A stretch of DNA of 62,263 nt, filler included, from Candidatus Zapsychrus exili (lineage in GTDB: Bacteria; Omnitrophota; Gorgyraeia; Zapsychrales; Zapsychraceae), in assembly GCA_030765585.1 (NCBI GenBank). It is 4 parts of 4 records of this genome, joined end to end, with 100 filler letters (N's around TTAATTAATTAA, not from the genome) between each part and the next. Parts side by side here need not be neighbours in the genome. Positions count along the whole stretch, not along the records: positions 1 to 26,581 come from JAVCCJ010000111.1; 3 more parts are not named here. The stretch is one strand, 5' to 3'. Position numbers and translations under genes: made by a program. Under the pieces are notes generated by a model. It was given only the letters and a program-made list of their open reading frames with translations, was not told the origin of the DNA and did not search any database. The first letter of the stretch is position 1. Every line of letters begins with the position of its first letter. Below, piece by piece: positions 11,566-21,936 of the stretch.

Positions 11566-12048
11566 ATGGGCAGAATAGCAATATATCCAGGAACATTTGA
11601 TCCAGTGACTTATGGTCACCTAGACGTTATAGAGAGAGCTACAAAAATATTTGATGAAGTGATAGTAGCTGTTACAAGAACTTCTAGAAAAAAGCTACTT
11701 TTTGACATAGATGAGCGCGTAGGCATGATAAAAGAAACTACAGCAAAGATGAAGAACGTAAGGGTAGGAGAATTTGACGGTCTTATTATTGATTATGCAA
11801 AAAAGAATAATGTTAATGTGCTTATACGTGGCTTAAGAATGATATCAGATTTTGAGTATGAACTTCAAATGGCGCTTACAAATAGAAGGCTAGACGGAGA
11901 AATAGAAACATTATTTCTTATGCCTTCTGAAGGATATTCATTTTTGTCGTCTGCACTTATAAAAGAAGTCGCACATCTTGGAGCAAACATATCTTCTTTT
12001 GTTCCAGAAATTGTTGAGAAAAAGGTCAAGAAAAGGCTTGGTGTTTAG
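11566..12048 (+). CDS. coaD: Phosphopantetheine adenylyltransferase
   Basis: IYPGTFDPVTYGHLD, RGLR..SDFEYE. Confidence 0.97.
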   Translation: MGRIAIYPGTFDPVTYGHLDVIERATKIFDEVIVAVTRTSRKKLLFDIDERVGMIKETTAKMKNVRVGEFDGLIIDYAKKNNVNVLIRGLRMISDFEYELQMALTNRRLDGEIETLFLMPSEGYSFLSSALIKEVAHLGANISSFVPEIVEKKVKKRLGV

Positions 12049-12068
12049 TTTTTGTTGGAGATAAGTAA

Positions 12069-12485
12069 ATGATAATTAATATAAGCGAAGTAAAGTCAGA
12101 AGGTATAGAAGTAACAGACGAGATTGATGACAGCTCTTTAGGTATTTTAGAAGAAGAAAGTATTCACTGCCCTGAACCTTTAAAGATAAACGCTAAGATA
12201 AATTTAGCAGACAATATTTTTTTAGTTAAAGCAAAGGTAGAAGGAAAATATTCTTCATTTTGTTTTAGATGTATGGAGCCTGTTGAGAGCGTTTTAGATA
12301 AAGAGTTCTCACTTGATTTTGAAATAGAAGATAAGGTCGATCATATCGACATATCAGATGACATAAGACAAGAGATTTTGTTAAGTTTGCCAAACAAGAT
12401 TTTATGCGACAGTGATTGTCTTGGTATTTGTCTTGATTGCAAACAAAATTTAAATAAAGAAAAATGTAAATGTAATAAACAGTGA
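12069..12485 (+). CDS. yceD: YceD/DUF177 family protein
   Basis: CxRC and C-terminal CxxxCxGxCxxC; directly upstream of rpmF. Confidence 0.88.
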   Translation: MIINISEVKSEGIEVTDEIDDSSLGILEEESIHCPEPLKINAKINLADNIFLVKAKVEGKYSSFCFRCMEPVESVLDKEFSLDFEIEDKVDHIDISDDIRQEILLSLPNKILCDSDCLGICLDCKQNLNKEKCKCNKQ

Positions 12486-12574
12486 CAAGTGTTAAGTATT
12501 AAGTGATACACAAATATTTATTCGGAGCACTTGCTACAGACCACCGAACACTTAATTAAAGGAGTATTAGAAAA

Positions 12575-12784
12575 ATGGCCCATCCAAAACGTCAACATTC
12601 AAAACAACGTCAACGCAAAAGACGTACGCATTATAAAGCCACAGTTCCAAGCTTATCACCTTGCTCAAACTGTAAAAAACCTGTTTTGTCTCATAGAGTT
12701 TGTCCTTACTGCGGGTTCTATAAAGGTCAAGCAGTTGTTATTGAGAAAAAGAAAAAATCAACTAAAGAAACAGATAGCAAGTAA
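12575..12784 (+). CDS. rpmF: 50S ribosomal protein L32
   Basis: MAHPKRQHSKQRQRKRRTH, CxxC...HRVCxxCGFYKG; RBS AAGGAG. Confidence 0.97.
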   Translation: MAHPKRQHSKQRQRKRRTHYKATVPSLSPCSNCKKPVLSHRVCPYCGFYKGQAVVIEKKKKSTKETDSK

Positions 12785-12813
12785 GCTTTTCGCTTATCAT
12801 TTCCGCCGGAGTT

Positions 12814-12909
12814 TGTCATTCCTGTGGAGTGAAGCGGAGACAGGAATCTCCGCAGTTTGAAAGGTAATAATTTTAAAAAATAGATATTCCTGCCTTCGCA
12901 GGAATGACA
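12814..12909. repeat. TGTCATTCC...GGAATGACA palindromic repeat
   Basis: TGTCATTCCTGTGGAGTGAAGCGGAGACAGGAATCTC ... ATTCCTGCCTTCGCAGGAATGACA. Confidence 0.85.
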
Positions 12910-12928
12910 GTTATTTTGGAGGCATACA

Positions 12929-13924
12929 TTGAAAATAGTAATTGATGCAATGGGTGGTGATTATGCTCCGCAATCAGTTGTTGCTGGGGTAGTAGATGCT
13001 GTAAAAGAATTTGATGTAAACATAGTTCTTGTTGGCATTGAGGAAAAAGTTAATGCAGAACTAGCAAAGCATGATTTTTCCAAAGACAAAATAGAGGTTG
13101 TTCATGCCCCTGAAGTAATTGATATGCATGATCCTGCAACTTCTCCGATAAGAAGAAAAAAACAATCTTCAATTTCTGTAGGCATAGACCTTGTAAAGCA
13201 AAAGACTTGCGATGCATTTATCAGCGCAGGAAACACTGGCGCTGTTGTTGCAGCATCGGTTTTTAATCTTGGAATGCTTGATGGTGTACATCGTCCTGCA
13301 ATAGGCTTAGTTATTCCTACCTTAAAGAAGTTTTCATTTCTTATAGATGTTGGCGCAAATACAGAAGCAAAGCCAGAACATCTTTTTCAATCATCACTTA
13401 TGGCAAATGTTTATGCAAGAGAAGTGCTAGGTGTCAAATCGCCTAATATTGGACTTCTTAATATCGGTGCAGAATCAAGCAAGGGAAGCGGATTTGAGAA
13501 AGAAGCATATAAGCTTATGGAAGATCAATTGCCTAATTTTATCGGAAATCTAGAGGCGAATGAAGTGTTTACCGGACGCGCTGATTGTATTATCTGCGAC
13601 GGATTTGTAGGAAACATTGTAATAAAAGTATCAGAAGGTCTTATGGAATCAGCAGCAGCTTTGATGCGTCGCGAAATAAAAAAGAGTCCAGTAGCTGTTT
13701 TAGGCGCGCTTATTATGAAGTCGAGATTAAATCATATTAAAAAGTTAGCTGACTATTCTGAATATGGTGGCGCTCCGCTTTTAGGGGTAAACGGACTTGT
13801 TATGATAAGTCATGGTCGCTCGTCTCCTAAGGCGATAAAGAATGCCATTAAAGCAACCATTAGAGAGGTTGAGCACAACATCATAGAAGCAATGAAGCAA
13901 GAAATAGCGGGAAAACACTTATAA
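12929..13924 (+). CDS. plsX: Phosphate acyltransferase PlsX
   Basis: IDAMGGDYAP, SAGNTGA, DGFVGN, YGGAPLLG, SHGRS. Confidence 0.97.
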   Translation: MKIVIDAMGGDYAPQSVVAGVVDAVKEFDVNIVLVGIEEKVNAELAKHDFSKDKIEVVHAPEVIDMHDPATSPIRRKKQSSISVGIDLVKQKTCDAFISAGNTGAVVAASVFNLGMLDGVHRPAIGLVIPTLKKFSFLIDVGANTEAKPEHLFQSSLMANVYAREVLGVKSPNIGLLNIGAESSKGSGFEKEAYKLMEDQLPNFIGNLEANEVFTGRADCIICDGFVGNIVIKVSEGLMESAAALMRREIKKSPVAVLGALIMKSRLNHIKKLADYSEYGGAPLLGVNGLVMISHGRSSPKAIKNAIKATIREVEHNIIEAMKQEIAGKHL

Positions 13925-13933
13925 AGGAGTCTT

Positions 13934-14914
13934 ATGACAAACGCAGCTATTGTTTCAATGGGGCATTACATACCAAAAAGAGTTTTAGAAAATAAAGATC
14001 TTGAAAAACTAGTCGACACATCTGATGATTGGATAATAACACGTACTGGAATAAAAGAGCGTCATATTGCAGCCAAAGGTGAACGAAATTGCGACATGGC
14101 AGCAGCGGCGGCTAAAGAGGCTTTGTCTGAATCAGATTTAAATGCTGAAGATATAGAGCTTATTATTGTTGCAACAACAACTCCAGATCATAATTTTCCT
14201 TCAGTTGCATGTATGGTGCAAAAAGAAATAGGTGCATCAAAGGCAGCAGCCTTTGACGTTAGTGCTGCATGTTCTGGATTTTTATTCGCACTTACTACAG
14301 CAGAACAATATATAAAAACAGGTCTTTATAAAAATGCTCTTGTTCTAGCATCTGATAAAATGTCTCGTATTGTAGATTGGAACGATAGGGGTACTTGCGT
14401 TTTGTTTGGAGATGGCGCAGGTGCTTGCTTATTAAAGCCAACAGAAGAAGATGGTCAAGGCATCCTATCTGATTACATGCTTGCAAAAGGCGAATTTGGA
14501 AATCTTTTATATGTTACAACTTATAGAAAAAAACCGCTTGATCAATCAGAAGCTACAGTACAGGCTCCGCATATTGTTATGCATGGACGTGAGCTTTTTA
14601 AGATAGCAGTTAATTCTATGTCAGATGCTGTTGAAATTGCGGCAAAAAAAGCTAATGTTGAATTGTCAGATATAGATTGGGTTGTTCCTCATCAAGCAAA
14701 TGATAGGATTATTTCTGGAATAGCAAAGAAGTTAGGGCTTGATAAAGATAAAATAGTAGTAAATATCGACAAGTACGGAAATATGTCGGCCGCATCAATT
14801 GCAATAGCGCTTTATGAAGCGGTAACAGACGGCAGAATTAAAAAAGGCGATATAGTCGCACTTGTTACTTTCGGTGGTGGATTGGTAGCTGCAGCAAATA
14901 TTGTAAAGTGGTAG
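13934..14914 (+). CDS. fabH: 3-oxoacyl-ACP synthase III
   Basis: TRTGIKER, AACSGF, FGDGAGA, PHQAN, YGNMSAAS. Confidence 0.97.
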   Translation: MTNAAIVSMGHYIPKRVLENKDLEKLVDTSDDWIITRTGIKERHIAAKGERNCDMAAAAAKEALSESDLNAEDIELIIVATTTPDHNFPSVACMVQKEIGASKAAAFDVSAACSGFLFALTTAEQYIKTGLYKNALVLASDKMSRIVDWNDRGTCVLFGDGAGACLLKPTEEDGQGILSDYMLAKGEFGNLLYVTTYRKKPLDQSEATVQAPHIVMHGRELFKIAVNSMSDAVEIAAKKANVELSDIDWVVPHQANDRIISGIAKKLGLDKDKIVVNIDKYGNMSAASIAIALYEAVTDGRIKKGDIVALVTFGGGLVAAANIVKW

Positions 14915-15023
14915 AACAAACCATTGACCATAGACCAATGACAATTGACCTTCAGTTGTCATTTCTGCGAATGCAGAGAATCTCCTAAACATTAAATTAA
15001 AATATATTGAAAGGTTTTTAAAT

Positions 15024-15950
15024 ATGACAAACGTTGCATTAATATTTCCAGGGCAAGGCGCACAGAAGGTCGGAATGGGCCGCGAACTTTATGAATCATC
15101 AGCTCAGGCTCGTGAGATATTTGATTCTGCAAATAAAGTGATAGATGGTTTAACTGATATTATTTTTAATGGTCCTGAAGAAAAATTGACTTCGACCCAA
15201 TATTGTCAACCAGCAATTTTTACTTATAGCATAGCGGCATTAGAAGCGCTTCGTGCTAGCGAAAAGTATAAAGATATAACTCCCAAATTTGTTTGCGGTT
15301 TAAGTTTAGGCGAATGTTCTGCTCTTTGTGCATCAGGTGCACTTTCATTTGAAGAAGCTTTAAAATTGGTTGTTAAAAGAGCATCTTTTATGGAAGAAGC
15401 GACTAAAGAAACCAAGGGTACAATGGTTGCTATAATTGGACTCGAAAAAGATAAAATTGTTGAAATATGTGCGGAAGTAGGCTCCGAGGTAGCAAACTTT
15501 AATTCACCTGATCAAATAGTTATAACAGGTGAAATAGACAAAGTGGCAGCTGCAGCTGAAAAAATAAAAGAGGCTGGTGCCAAACGTGTAATTCCACTAG
15601 ATGTTGCAGGCGCTTTTCATTCAACCCTAATGCAACCTGCTCAGATCAAGTTTAAAGAAGAGTTAGAAAACTATTCATTTAAACAAGCAGAAACTCCTAT
15701 CATAAGCAATGTTGATGCAAAATCAACAGCAGACCCAGAGGTAATAAAAGCAAATTTGGCAAAGCAGATAACCTCATCTGTTTTATGGGTAGATACTGTA
15801 GAGGCAATAGCTGAACAAGGTATTGTAAACTTTATTGAGATAGGTCCAGGAAGCGTATTAAAGGGGCTTATTAGAAAGATTAATAGAGAGCTTATTGTAT
15901 CTAATATACAGAAACCGGAAGATATACAAGGTTTAAGTTTTCAGGTTTAA
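15024..15950 (+). CDS. fabD: Malonyl-CoA:ACP transacylase
   Basis: FPGQGAQ, GLSLGE, GAFHS, EIGPG. Confidence 0.96.
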   Translation: MTNVALIFPGQGAQKVGMGRELYESSAQAREIFDSANKVIDGLTDIIFNGPEEKLTSTQYCQPAIFTYSIAALEALRASEKYKDITPKFVCGLSLGECSALCASGALSFEEALKLVVKRASFMEEATKETKGTMVAIIGLEKDKIVEICAEVGSEVANFNSPDQIVITGEIDKVAAAAEKIKEAGAKRVIPLDVAGAFHSTLMQPAQIKFKEELENYSFKQAETPIISNVDAKSTADPEVIKANLAKQITSSVLWVDTVEAIAEQGIVNFIEIGPGSVLKGLIRKINRELIVSNIQKPEDIQGLSFQV

Positions 15951-16121
15951 GCTTTAAGAGACTTCGCTTTTTACTGACCCCTCAAATTTTACCTCTTAGA
16001 CCTAAATTTCTCACATCTTGTTGTGCGCCAATAATTTCTATGAATTTTCTTGTTATTAATTAGCGTTAATCTATAATGAATAATACAAATATTTATATTA
16101 CAGCAGTAGGAGGGTTGTTTT

Positions 16122-16481
16122 ATGCCAAAATTGTTAATTGTAGATGATGAAGAAGATATAAGAGAATTCGCCAAACAGTTCTTTAGAAGGCGCAAAATAG
16201 ATACTTTTACAGCTAAAAATGGTGTTGAGGCGCTTGAAGTAATATCGAAAGAAGGCCCTGATTTAGTACTTCTAGATATAACCATGGAAGGTATGAGCGG
16301 TATTGAGGTCTTAAAGAAATTACGAGAAAATGACAATCATATTAAGGTCGTTATGGTTACAGCGCTTGAAGATAAAGATATTATAAGGCAAGCAGATGAG
16401 CTTGGCGCAATAGGATATGTTCATAAACCACTTATGTTAAGCGAGTTAGAAAAAATAGTGCTTAAGGAGCTTGAGTTATAG
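16122..16481 (+). CDS. Single-domain response regulator
   Basis: LIVDDE, LLDITM, VMVTA, KP receiver motifs. Confidence 0.93.
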   Translation: MPKLLIVDDEEDIREFAKQFFRRRKIDTFTAKNGVEALEVISKEGPDLVLLDITMEGMSGIEVLKKLRENDNHIKVVMVTALEDKDIIRQADELGAIGYVHKPLMLSELEKIVLKELEL

Positions 16482-16484
16482 CTT

Positions 16485-17672
16485 ATGATGACAAGCGTTG
16501 ATTTTAAAAAAGAACTAGAAATAGCTTCAAGAAGTATGATTATGATTCATGAGCCTAAGCTTTTGATAAAGCTCATTTTACGTATGATTGTGCGTAAGCT
16601 TAAAGTAAAACATGTAGGTATGGTTCTTTTTGAAGAAGAAGAAGGCAATTATGTCCTAGATGTATCAAGGGGCGAAAAGGGTTTAAGAATCCCGCAGGGG
16701 TTTACCCGCTTTGATCAAGAAAATCCAATAATAAAACTTTTTAATAAAAAAGAGTTTAAACATTTAACGGTAAATAGAAACGCTATTGTTTCTGGAGATA
16801 TAAATCGTCTTATATGGAAAGAAAGCGTAATAGGTGATGCTGGCGTAAATAGCACAAAAGAGCTTTTGCATGAAGTTGATGATCATATGCAAATGCTTAA
16901 TATAGCAGCATGTGTTCCAGCGTATTATCAGCATAATCTTATGGCTGTTCTTATTTTGGGAGAAAAAGGAAATGAGGAAAAGTTTGAGCAGCAAGAGCTG
17001 GATTTTTTTGCTGCTTTAGCATCAGATGCTGCGATGGCAATCAGAAACGCTCAGCTTTTTGAGGGCCTTAAAAAAGAGGCCGAAGGCAACAGAAGACTAT
17101 TTATATAAACGATAATTGTACTAAGCTCCACAATAGAAGCTAAAGATCAATATACTCATGGTCACACTGAACGTGTTACAAACTATTCTTTGGCTATGGC
17201 AAGACAAATGACGAGCAATGGAATGAATTTTCCTAAGAAGTTTATTGAGAACTTATATATAGCAAGTTTGCTTCATGACATAGGAAAGATAGGTGTGCCG
17301 GAAACCATTTTAAATAAAATAGGTAAACTTCTGACTAAAGAATACGACATAATGAAACGGCATCCTACAAGAGGAGTCGAAATTATACAGCCTCTTAATT
17401 TGCCTAAAGAATGCGTAGAAGGCATAAAACATCATCATGAGAGATACGATGGTAAAGGATATCCTGAGGGACTTTCTGGTGATAGCACGCCTATGTTGGC
17501 TGCAATTATTTCGGTTGCAGATGCCTATGATGCGATGATATCTGACAGGCCATATAGAAAGGCAATAGGCAAGGAAGCTGCGATTGAAGAAATAAAAAAG
17601 TTTACTGGAAGTCAATTTCATCCTGTTGCTGCAAAGGCAATGCTAGAGTTGTGGGGAAAGGGAATGGTTTAG
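16485..17672 (+). pseudogene. GAF + HD-GYP phosphodiesterase interrupted by in-frame TAA at 17106-17108
   Basis: Same frame continues after the stop: TIIVLSSTIEAKDQYTHGHTERV...LLHDIGKIG...HHERYDGKGYP. Confidence 0.85.
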
Positions 17673-17724
17673 AAGTAGGGGCTAGGGACTAGGCGTTAGG
17701 GGGTCAGGTAAAAGGGAAGGTGGC

Positions 17725-17753
17725 AGCCATAGCGGAAAAGCTATGGTTTTTTT
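17725..17753 (+). terminator. Intrinsic terminator
   Basis: GCCATAGC-loop-GCTATGGT plus T run. Confidence 0.65.
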
Positions 17754-17760
17754 ATTATTT

Positions 17761-17879
17761 TGTCATTGCGAGCGTAAACGCGGTAATCTTGAAGTTGTTG
17801 TCATTGCGCCTGCCCTTCGAAGTCAAACGCAAAAGCAATTTGGCGAAGTAGGGAGCGAGCAAAGCGACGTGGCAATCTC
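17761..17879. repeat. Two TGTCATTGCG...GCAATCT left arms, the second with a nested CCTGCCC...GAAGTAGGG hairpin
   Basis: Shares termini with the 10826 repeat. Confidence 0.7.
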
Positions 17880-17921
17880 TATCTCAAACATCCTTTAATT
17901 GCAGTCAAAACCTCATCCTTC

Positions 17922-18197
17922 TTAAACGGTCTTTTTATTGTGTTTTGGCGCGTTTCCTTCAGACTTATTTGCTGCTATATATAGAGAAGATACACCTTCT
18001 GGTAATTCTAAATCATCTTTGTCTTGCAACTTATTATCCACCACAATAACTTTAATTGTCGTATCGTTTTTAAGTGCGGCATCCGCACCTTCCTTAGAAT
18101 TAACAAGTATTAAATCGTAATCCCCTGAGAGTATAAATTTGATAGTTTCAAGCACTGTCTTATCAGGACTTGCTATAAGTATTTTGTTATTCTTCAT
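17922..18197 (-). CDS. Degenerate receiver-domain-like protein
   Basis: KILIASPD...ETIKFIL..DY...IKVIVVD; ATGA overlap with the upstream XRE gene. Confidence 0.5.
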   Translation of the reverse strand: MKNNKILIASPDKTVLETIKFILSGDYDLILVNSKEGADAALKNDTTIKVIVVDNKLQDKDDLELPEGVSSLYIAANKSEGNAPKHNKKTV

Positions 18198-18730
18198 ATT
18201 TGCACCGGAGTTGATATACATATCAGCTTTGCTGGTATAGGGGAAAGATTAACAAAATAATGTTCTTTAGACCCATCAAAATAAATACTGCTGGAATGCG
18301 TAAGTGTGTGAACTTCATCTGCTATATGAACCTCAACTTTTCCTTCAAGAATGAATGCAAACTTTTCAGTACCTTTTTTAGATTTCTCCTTGTTTGTGCT
18401 ACCACATCTTTCAATCCTTATAACCGCAGGCAGCATCTTTTTAGCAGCTGCATTTGTTATAAGTATTTCGCGAATAGATTTATCATTGTTTGCAAACGTA
18501 GAGGTTTCAATTAGAGGTATTGTGCTTTCAGACGCTACCACATCAGAGTAAAGGGCGGTGATATCTATCTCTAATGTTTCGGCTATCTTTAAATGGCTTT
18601 CAACCGTGCCAGACATCTTGCCGTGTTCGATGCGAGATAGCGTTGCTATTTGAACTCCGCTTTTTTCAGCTAGTTCAGAAAGGCTCATCTTTTTTGCTTC
18701 ACGTAATTCTTTTAATCTTTTTCCTATCAT
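18194..18730 (-). CDS. XRE-family HTH regulator with C-terminal cupin
   Basis: MIGKRLKELR...LAEKSGV...LSRIEHG; cupin GTEKFAFILEG...SIYFDGSKEH; start reassigned to ATG 18730. Confidence 0.9.
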   Translation of the reverse strand: MIGKRLKELREAKKMSLSELAEKSGVQIATLSRIEHGKMSGTVESHLKIAETLEIDITALYSDVVASESTIPLIETSTFANNDKSIREILITNAAAKKMLPAVIRIERCGSTNKEKSKKGTEKFAFILEGKVEVHIADEVHTLTHSSSIYFDGSKEHYFVNLSPIPAKLICISTPVQI

Positions 18731-18974
18731 AGTTCTGGGGTCTCCTGTGAGTTTTGTTTGACAAATAACAGCTAAATTAATAGTAACATTTATTGATGAA
18801 ATGTCAAACATATTTTGTATAAAATCAAACAATTTTACCGTAAATGTCAAAATATTTTTATTGATGTTATAAGTTATTGTCTAACAACGTGTTACAATTT
18901 GCTCAAACATCAAATTAATTTGACAAATAATCAAAATAATGTTAAACTTGTATTGAAAGGTAAAAGGTAGCGAG

Positions 18975-19229
18975 ATGACAAACAGTCAGTATTTAAAATT
19001 AGCAACGAATGGCAATTTAGAAGTATTAGCTAGAGCATACTCTGATGAAAATAAGTTTATATCAGTGTATGCTGTTTTTTTTATGTTAAAGCGAGTAAAA
19101 AAATATTTAGGTTTAGAAAGTATGTTGACTTATGCTCGGGATTATATGGGGGAAGTAGAAAAAGAATGCCCTGTTATGAAAGATGCAATTGCATCAGCAG
19201 TAGAAATGATAGATTTAAGAAATGAGTAA
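18975..19229 (+). CDS. Hypothetical protein
   Basis: 84 aa ORF with purine-rich RBS, divergent from XRE gene. Confidence 0.6.
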   Translation: MTNSQYLKLATNGNLEVLARAYSDENKFISVYAVFFMLKRVKKYLGLESMLTYARDYMGEVEKECPVMKDAIASAVEMIDLRNE

Positions 19230-19265
19230 AGTAATTAGTGTTAGTTAGGCTTTGGAGGATTATGC

Positions 19266-20864
19266 ATGCAAAGATTGATTTTTAATTTATTTGTTTTGTT
19301 GATTGTGTTAGTTGGTTTTTTAAATTTTGGGTTTACAAATAGTAGTCTTGTTTGGAAGAAAGCTCGCAATGGCGTTTATGAGCCTGATACAAGATGTTTA
19401 ATAGCTCACCCAAAATCTTCTTCCTTGTATCTAGGCACTTCTAAAGCTTTGTATAAATCCAATGATGGAGCTAATGCGTTTAAGAGGATTTTACAAATTC
19501 AATCTGAATATAAGGGAATAAATGACGTTTATATTGATAAAGATAATGAAAGCATTGTTTATGCGGCAACAGATGCAGGATTATATAAGAGTATAGACTC
19601 TGGGAGAAATTGGATTAAGTTTTTCAGCTCTTCAGATGATTTATCTATTAAATGCAATTCTTTAATAGTTACTGACGGATTTATTTATCTTGGAACAAAT
19701 AAAGGTATTTTTAAGAAGAAATTAGATGAAGAATCTTGGCAAAAGCTAAAGGGAGAGTTTTCAAATAAGGCTGTATATGATTTAGTAGAAAAGAATAATA
19801 TCGTATATTTTTCTACTTCAAAAACATTGTATGCATTAGATGAGGTTAGCGAAAAAGTTAGCCAAATATATTCTTTAGGGCTTGAGGATAGTATGGAAGA
19901 ATATTTTAGCTCCTCAGAAGCTTTTATCAAATCTTTAAAGTTAGTAGATAAATATATTTTTATTGCATCAATAAGAGGTATATATTTTAGCGCAGATCTA
20001 GGGAATAGTTGGGATACGATATCAACTAGTGCTATACCAATAAATAAGCTTAATTTTTTTACAGCAAAAGAGATATCCAGCCACGATAAGTGCATTGGAG
20101 CTGAGTCAAAATGTTTCAGTCTTCTTGTCGGAACGGAGGTAGGAGCGTTTTTCTTTGAGAATGAAAAGTGGTTTCCAGTATATTTAGGAATGGAAACTCG
20201 CAATGTTAATTGCCTAGCAATAGATGGCAAAGGTGAGGTTTATGCTGCGACTGATAGAGGTGTTTTTTGTTTGCATAACGAGAAGGCGCTCCCACAATTT
20301 GCAAATGTAACAGATATTGAGTTTAACGTGACAGACTTCTTATCTGATGAGCCAAGTATAGGAGAAGTGCATAATCTTTCAATTAATTATGCAGAGGTTA
20401 GTCCTAACAAAATTAAACAATGGAGGTCTCAGGCGTCAAAAAGAGCTTGGTTCCCTGATTTGAGTATAGGAATTGACGGAAAGAGAAATAAAACAACAGG
20501 GGAAAGTGTATGGGGTAGTTATAGCGGCGGAGGTCAACATTATATTGGTCCAGATGATCATACTTACTATCGTAATTTTGGATGGGATGTATCTTTATCA
20601 TGGGATATGGGAGATTTGGTTTGGAATTCAGATCAGACATCTATAGATTCTCGTTCAAAAATGATGGTAGAGCTTCGAGGGGATATTTTAGATCAAGTAA
20701 CTAGACTTTATTTTGAAAGAAGAAGAATTAAAGTTGAAATGTCTATGGCCAATCTAGATTCAAGTATCAGATTGGAGAAAGAATTAAGAGTAGAAGAGTT
20801 AACAGCTCTTATAGACGGTATGACTGGAGGCGAATTTAGCGAATTGATTAAGGAGAGGAGGTGA
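19266..20864 (+). CDS. Exported beta-propeller (BNR/Asp-box) protein with helical TolC-like C-terminal region
   Basis: Signal peptide; SxDxGxxW repeats; C-terminal 'WDVSLSWDMGDLVW...ILDQVTRLYFERRR...LIDGMTGG'. Confidence 0.7.
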   Translation: MQRLIFNLFVLLIVLVGFLNFGFTNSSLVWKKARNGVYEPDTRCLIAHPKSSSLYLGTSKALYKSNDGANAFKRILQIQSEYKGINDVYIDKDNESIVYAATDAGLYKSIDSGRNWIKFFSSSDDLSIKCNSLIVTDGFIYLGTNKGIFKKKLDEESWQKLKGEFSNKAVYDLVEKNNIVYFSTSKTLYALDEVSEKVSQIYSLGLEDSMEEYFSSSEAFIKSLKLVDKYIFIASIRGIYFSADLGNSWDTISTSAIPINKLNFFTAKEISSHDKCIGAESKCFSLLVGTEVGAFFFENEKWFPVYLGMETRNVNCLAIDGKGEVYAATDRGVFCLHNEKALPQFANVTDIEFNVTDFLSDEPSIGEVHNLSINYAEVSPNKIKQWRSQASKRAWFPDLSIGIDGKRNKTTGESVWGSYSGGGQHYIGPDDHTYYRNFGWDVSLSWDMGDLVWNSDQTSIDSRSKMMVELRGDILDQVTRLYFERRRIKVEMSMANLDSSIRLEKELRVEELTALIDGMTGGEFSELIKERR

Positions 20865-20868
20865 TGAA

Positions 20869-21105
20869 ATGTTGAAGAAGTTTATAATTATGGCAGTATT
20901 AGCAGTTTTTTTAGCAACAACTACGGCAGCTTTTGCAGCAGATGTCTTTGTGACTGAAAATGGAGCAAAATATCATAAGCAAGAATGCATGACTATTAAG
21001 AATAAAGATGCAAAAAAGCTGGAGAAAGATGAAGCGATTGAAAAAGGCTATTTGCCTTGCAAAAGATGCTACAAGGAAGATGTGGTTATAGAAGAAGAGA
21101 AATAA
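20869..21105 (+). CDS. Small secreted protein with Ada-like metal-binding domain
   Basis: Signal peptide AFA; VFVTENGAKYH..C...EAIEKGYLPCKRC. Confidence 0.75.
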   Translation: MLKKFIIMAVLAVFLATTTAAFAADVFVTENGAKYHKQECMTIKNKDAKKLEKDEAIEKGYLPCKRCYKEDVVIEEEK

Positions 21106-21333
21106 TAAGAAAGTTGCAAGATTGCAGCTTATAAAACCATAAGAAAGGGTGTTCATGGACTGTTTTGAAATGCAGATAAATAGCGTTGTTCTGGGGGATA
21201 GACCCATAGTATGGGGAAATCGAGTGATGCTTCTATGGACACCCTAAATGTTTAACATGCAGATATATTTTTTAATTTATTGACAAGGGGATATGTATTA
21301 TGAAAAACAAATCATTTGTTTTGTTTGTTTTTG

Positions 21334-21401
21334 AGCGTAAGACAGCGTAAGACACGCGTAAGACAGCGTAAGACAGCGTAAGACAGAACGTTTCTCAGCA
21401 A
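21334..21401. repeat. Five tandem AGCGTAAGAC units leading into left inverted end of RAYT element
   Basis: (AGCGTAAGAC)x5, third copy has one extra C, followed by AGAACGTTTCTCAGCAA. Confidence 0.9.
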
Positions 21402-21441
21402 TTAACTGATATAAATAAACTTATGGTAGGAGTGGGCAGGT

Positions 21442-21936
21442 ATGGTAGCGATTAAAAGATTATATTATGAGAGTTCAATTTATCATGTAATATCAAGAGG
21501 TAATAATCGTCAGAAGATATTTAAAGATAAAAGATATAAGGAATATTTTTTAGATATATTAAGAAGATATAAAGAAAGGTATTCTTTTAAGATATACGGA
21601 TATGTATTGATGGATAATCACTTTCATATAGTTATTGAAACTATTCAAAAACATAATATATCAAAGATAATGCAAGGTATATTATTGTCTTATAGTGTAA
21701 AATATAGAAAAGAAAATGAATATGTAGGATATGTTTGGCAAGGAAGGTTTAAGAGTAAAATCATTGAAAGCAAAGAATATATTTTAGAATGCTTAGAATA
21801 TATTCACAATAATCCTGTTAAGGCATCTATCGTAGAATATCCAGAACAGTATCATTTTAGTAGCGCACGCTTTTATGGTGATTTGTCGGAAGAGGACACT
21901 TCTGCCATAAACATATGCGATACATTGGTTTGCTGA
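21442..21936 (+). mobile_element. REP-associated tyrosine transposase (RAYT, IS200-like HUH Y1)
   Basis: YHVISRGNNRQKIF, YVLMDNHFH (HUH), VWQGRFKS, YIHNNPVKA, Y.FSSA. Confidence 0.92.

Noticed and set aside
12531..12860. 109-aa ORF overlapping rpmF
   Set aside because: Alternative frame over a bona fide ribosomal protein gene, ending in a repeat
17106..17108. Stop-codon reassignment or selenocysteine
   Set aside because: The codon is TAA, and TAA/TAG/TGA all end conserved genes at expected positions
21334..21390. Possible CRISPR array
   Set aside because: 10-bp units with no spacers and no cas genes
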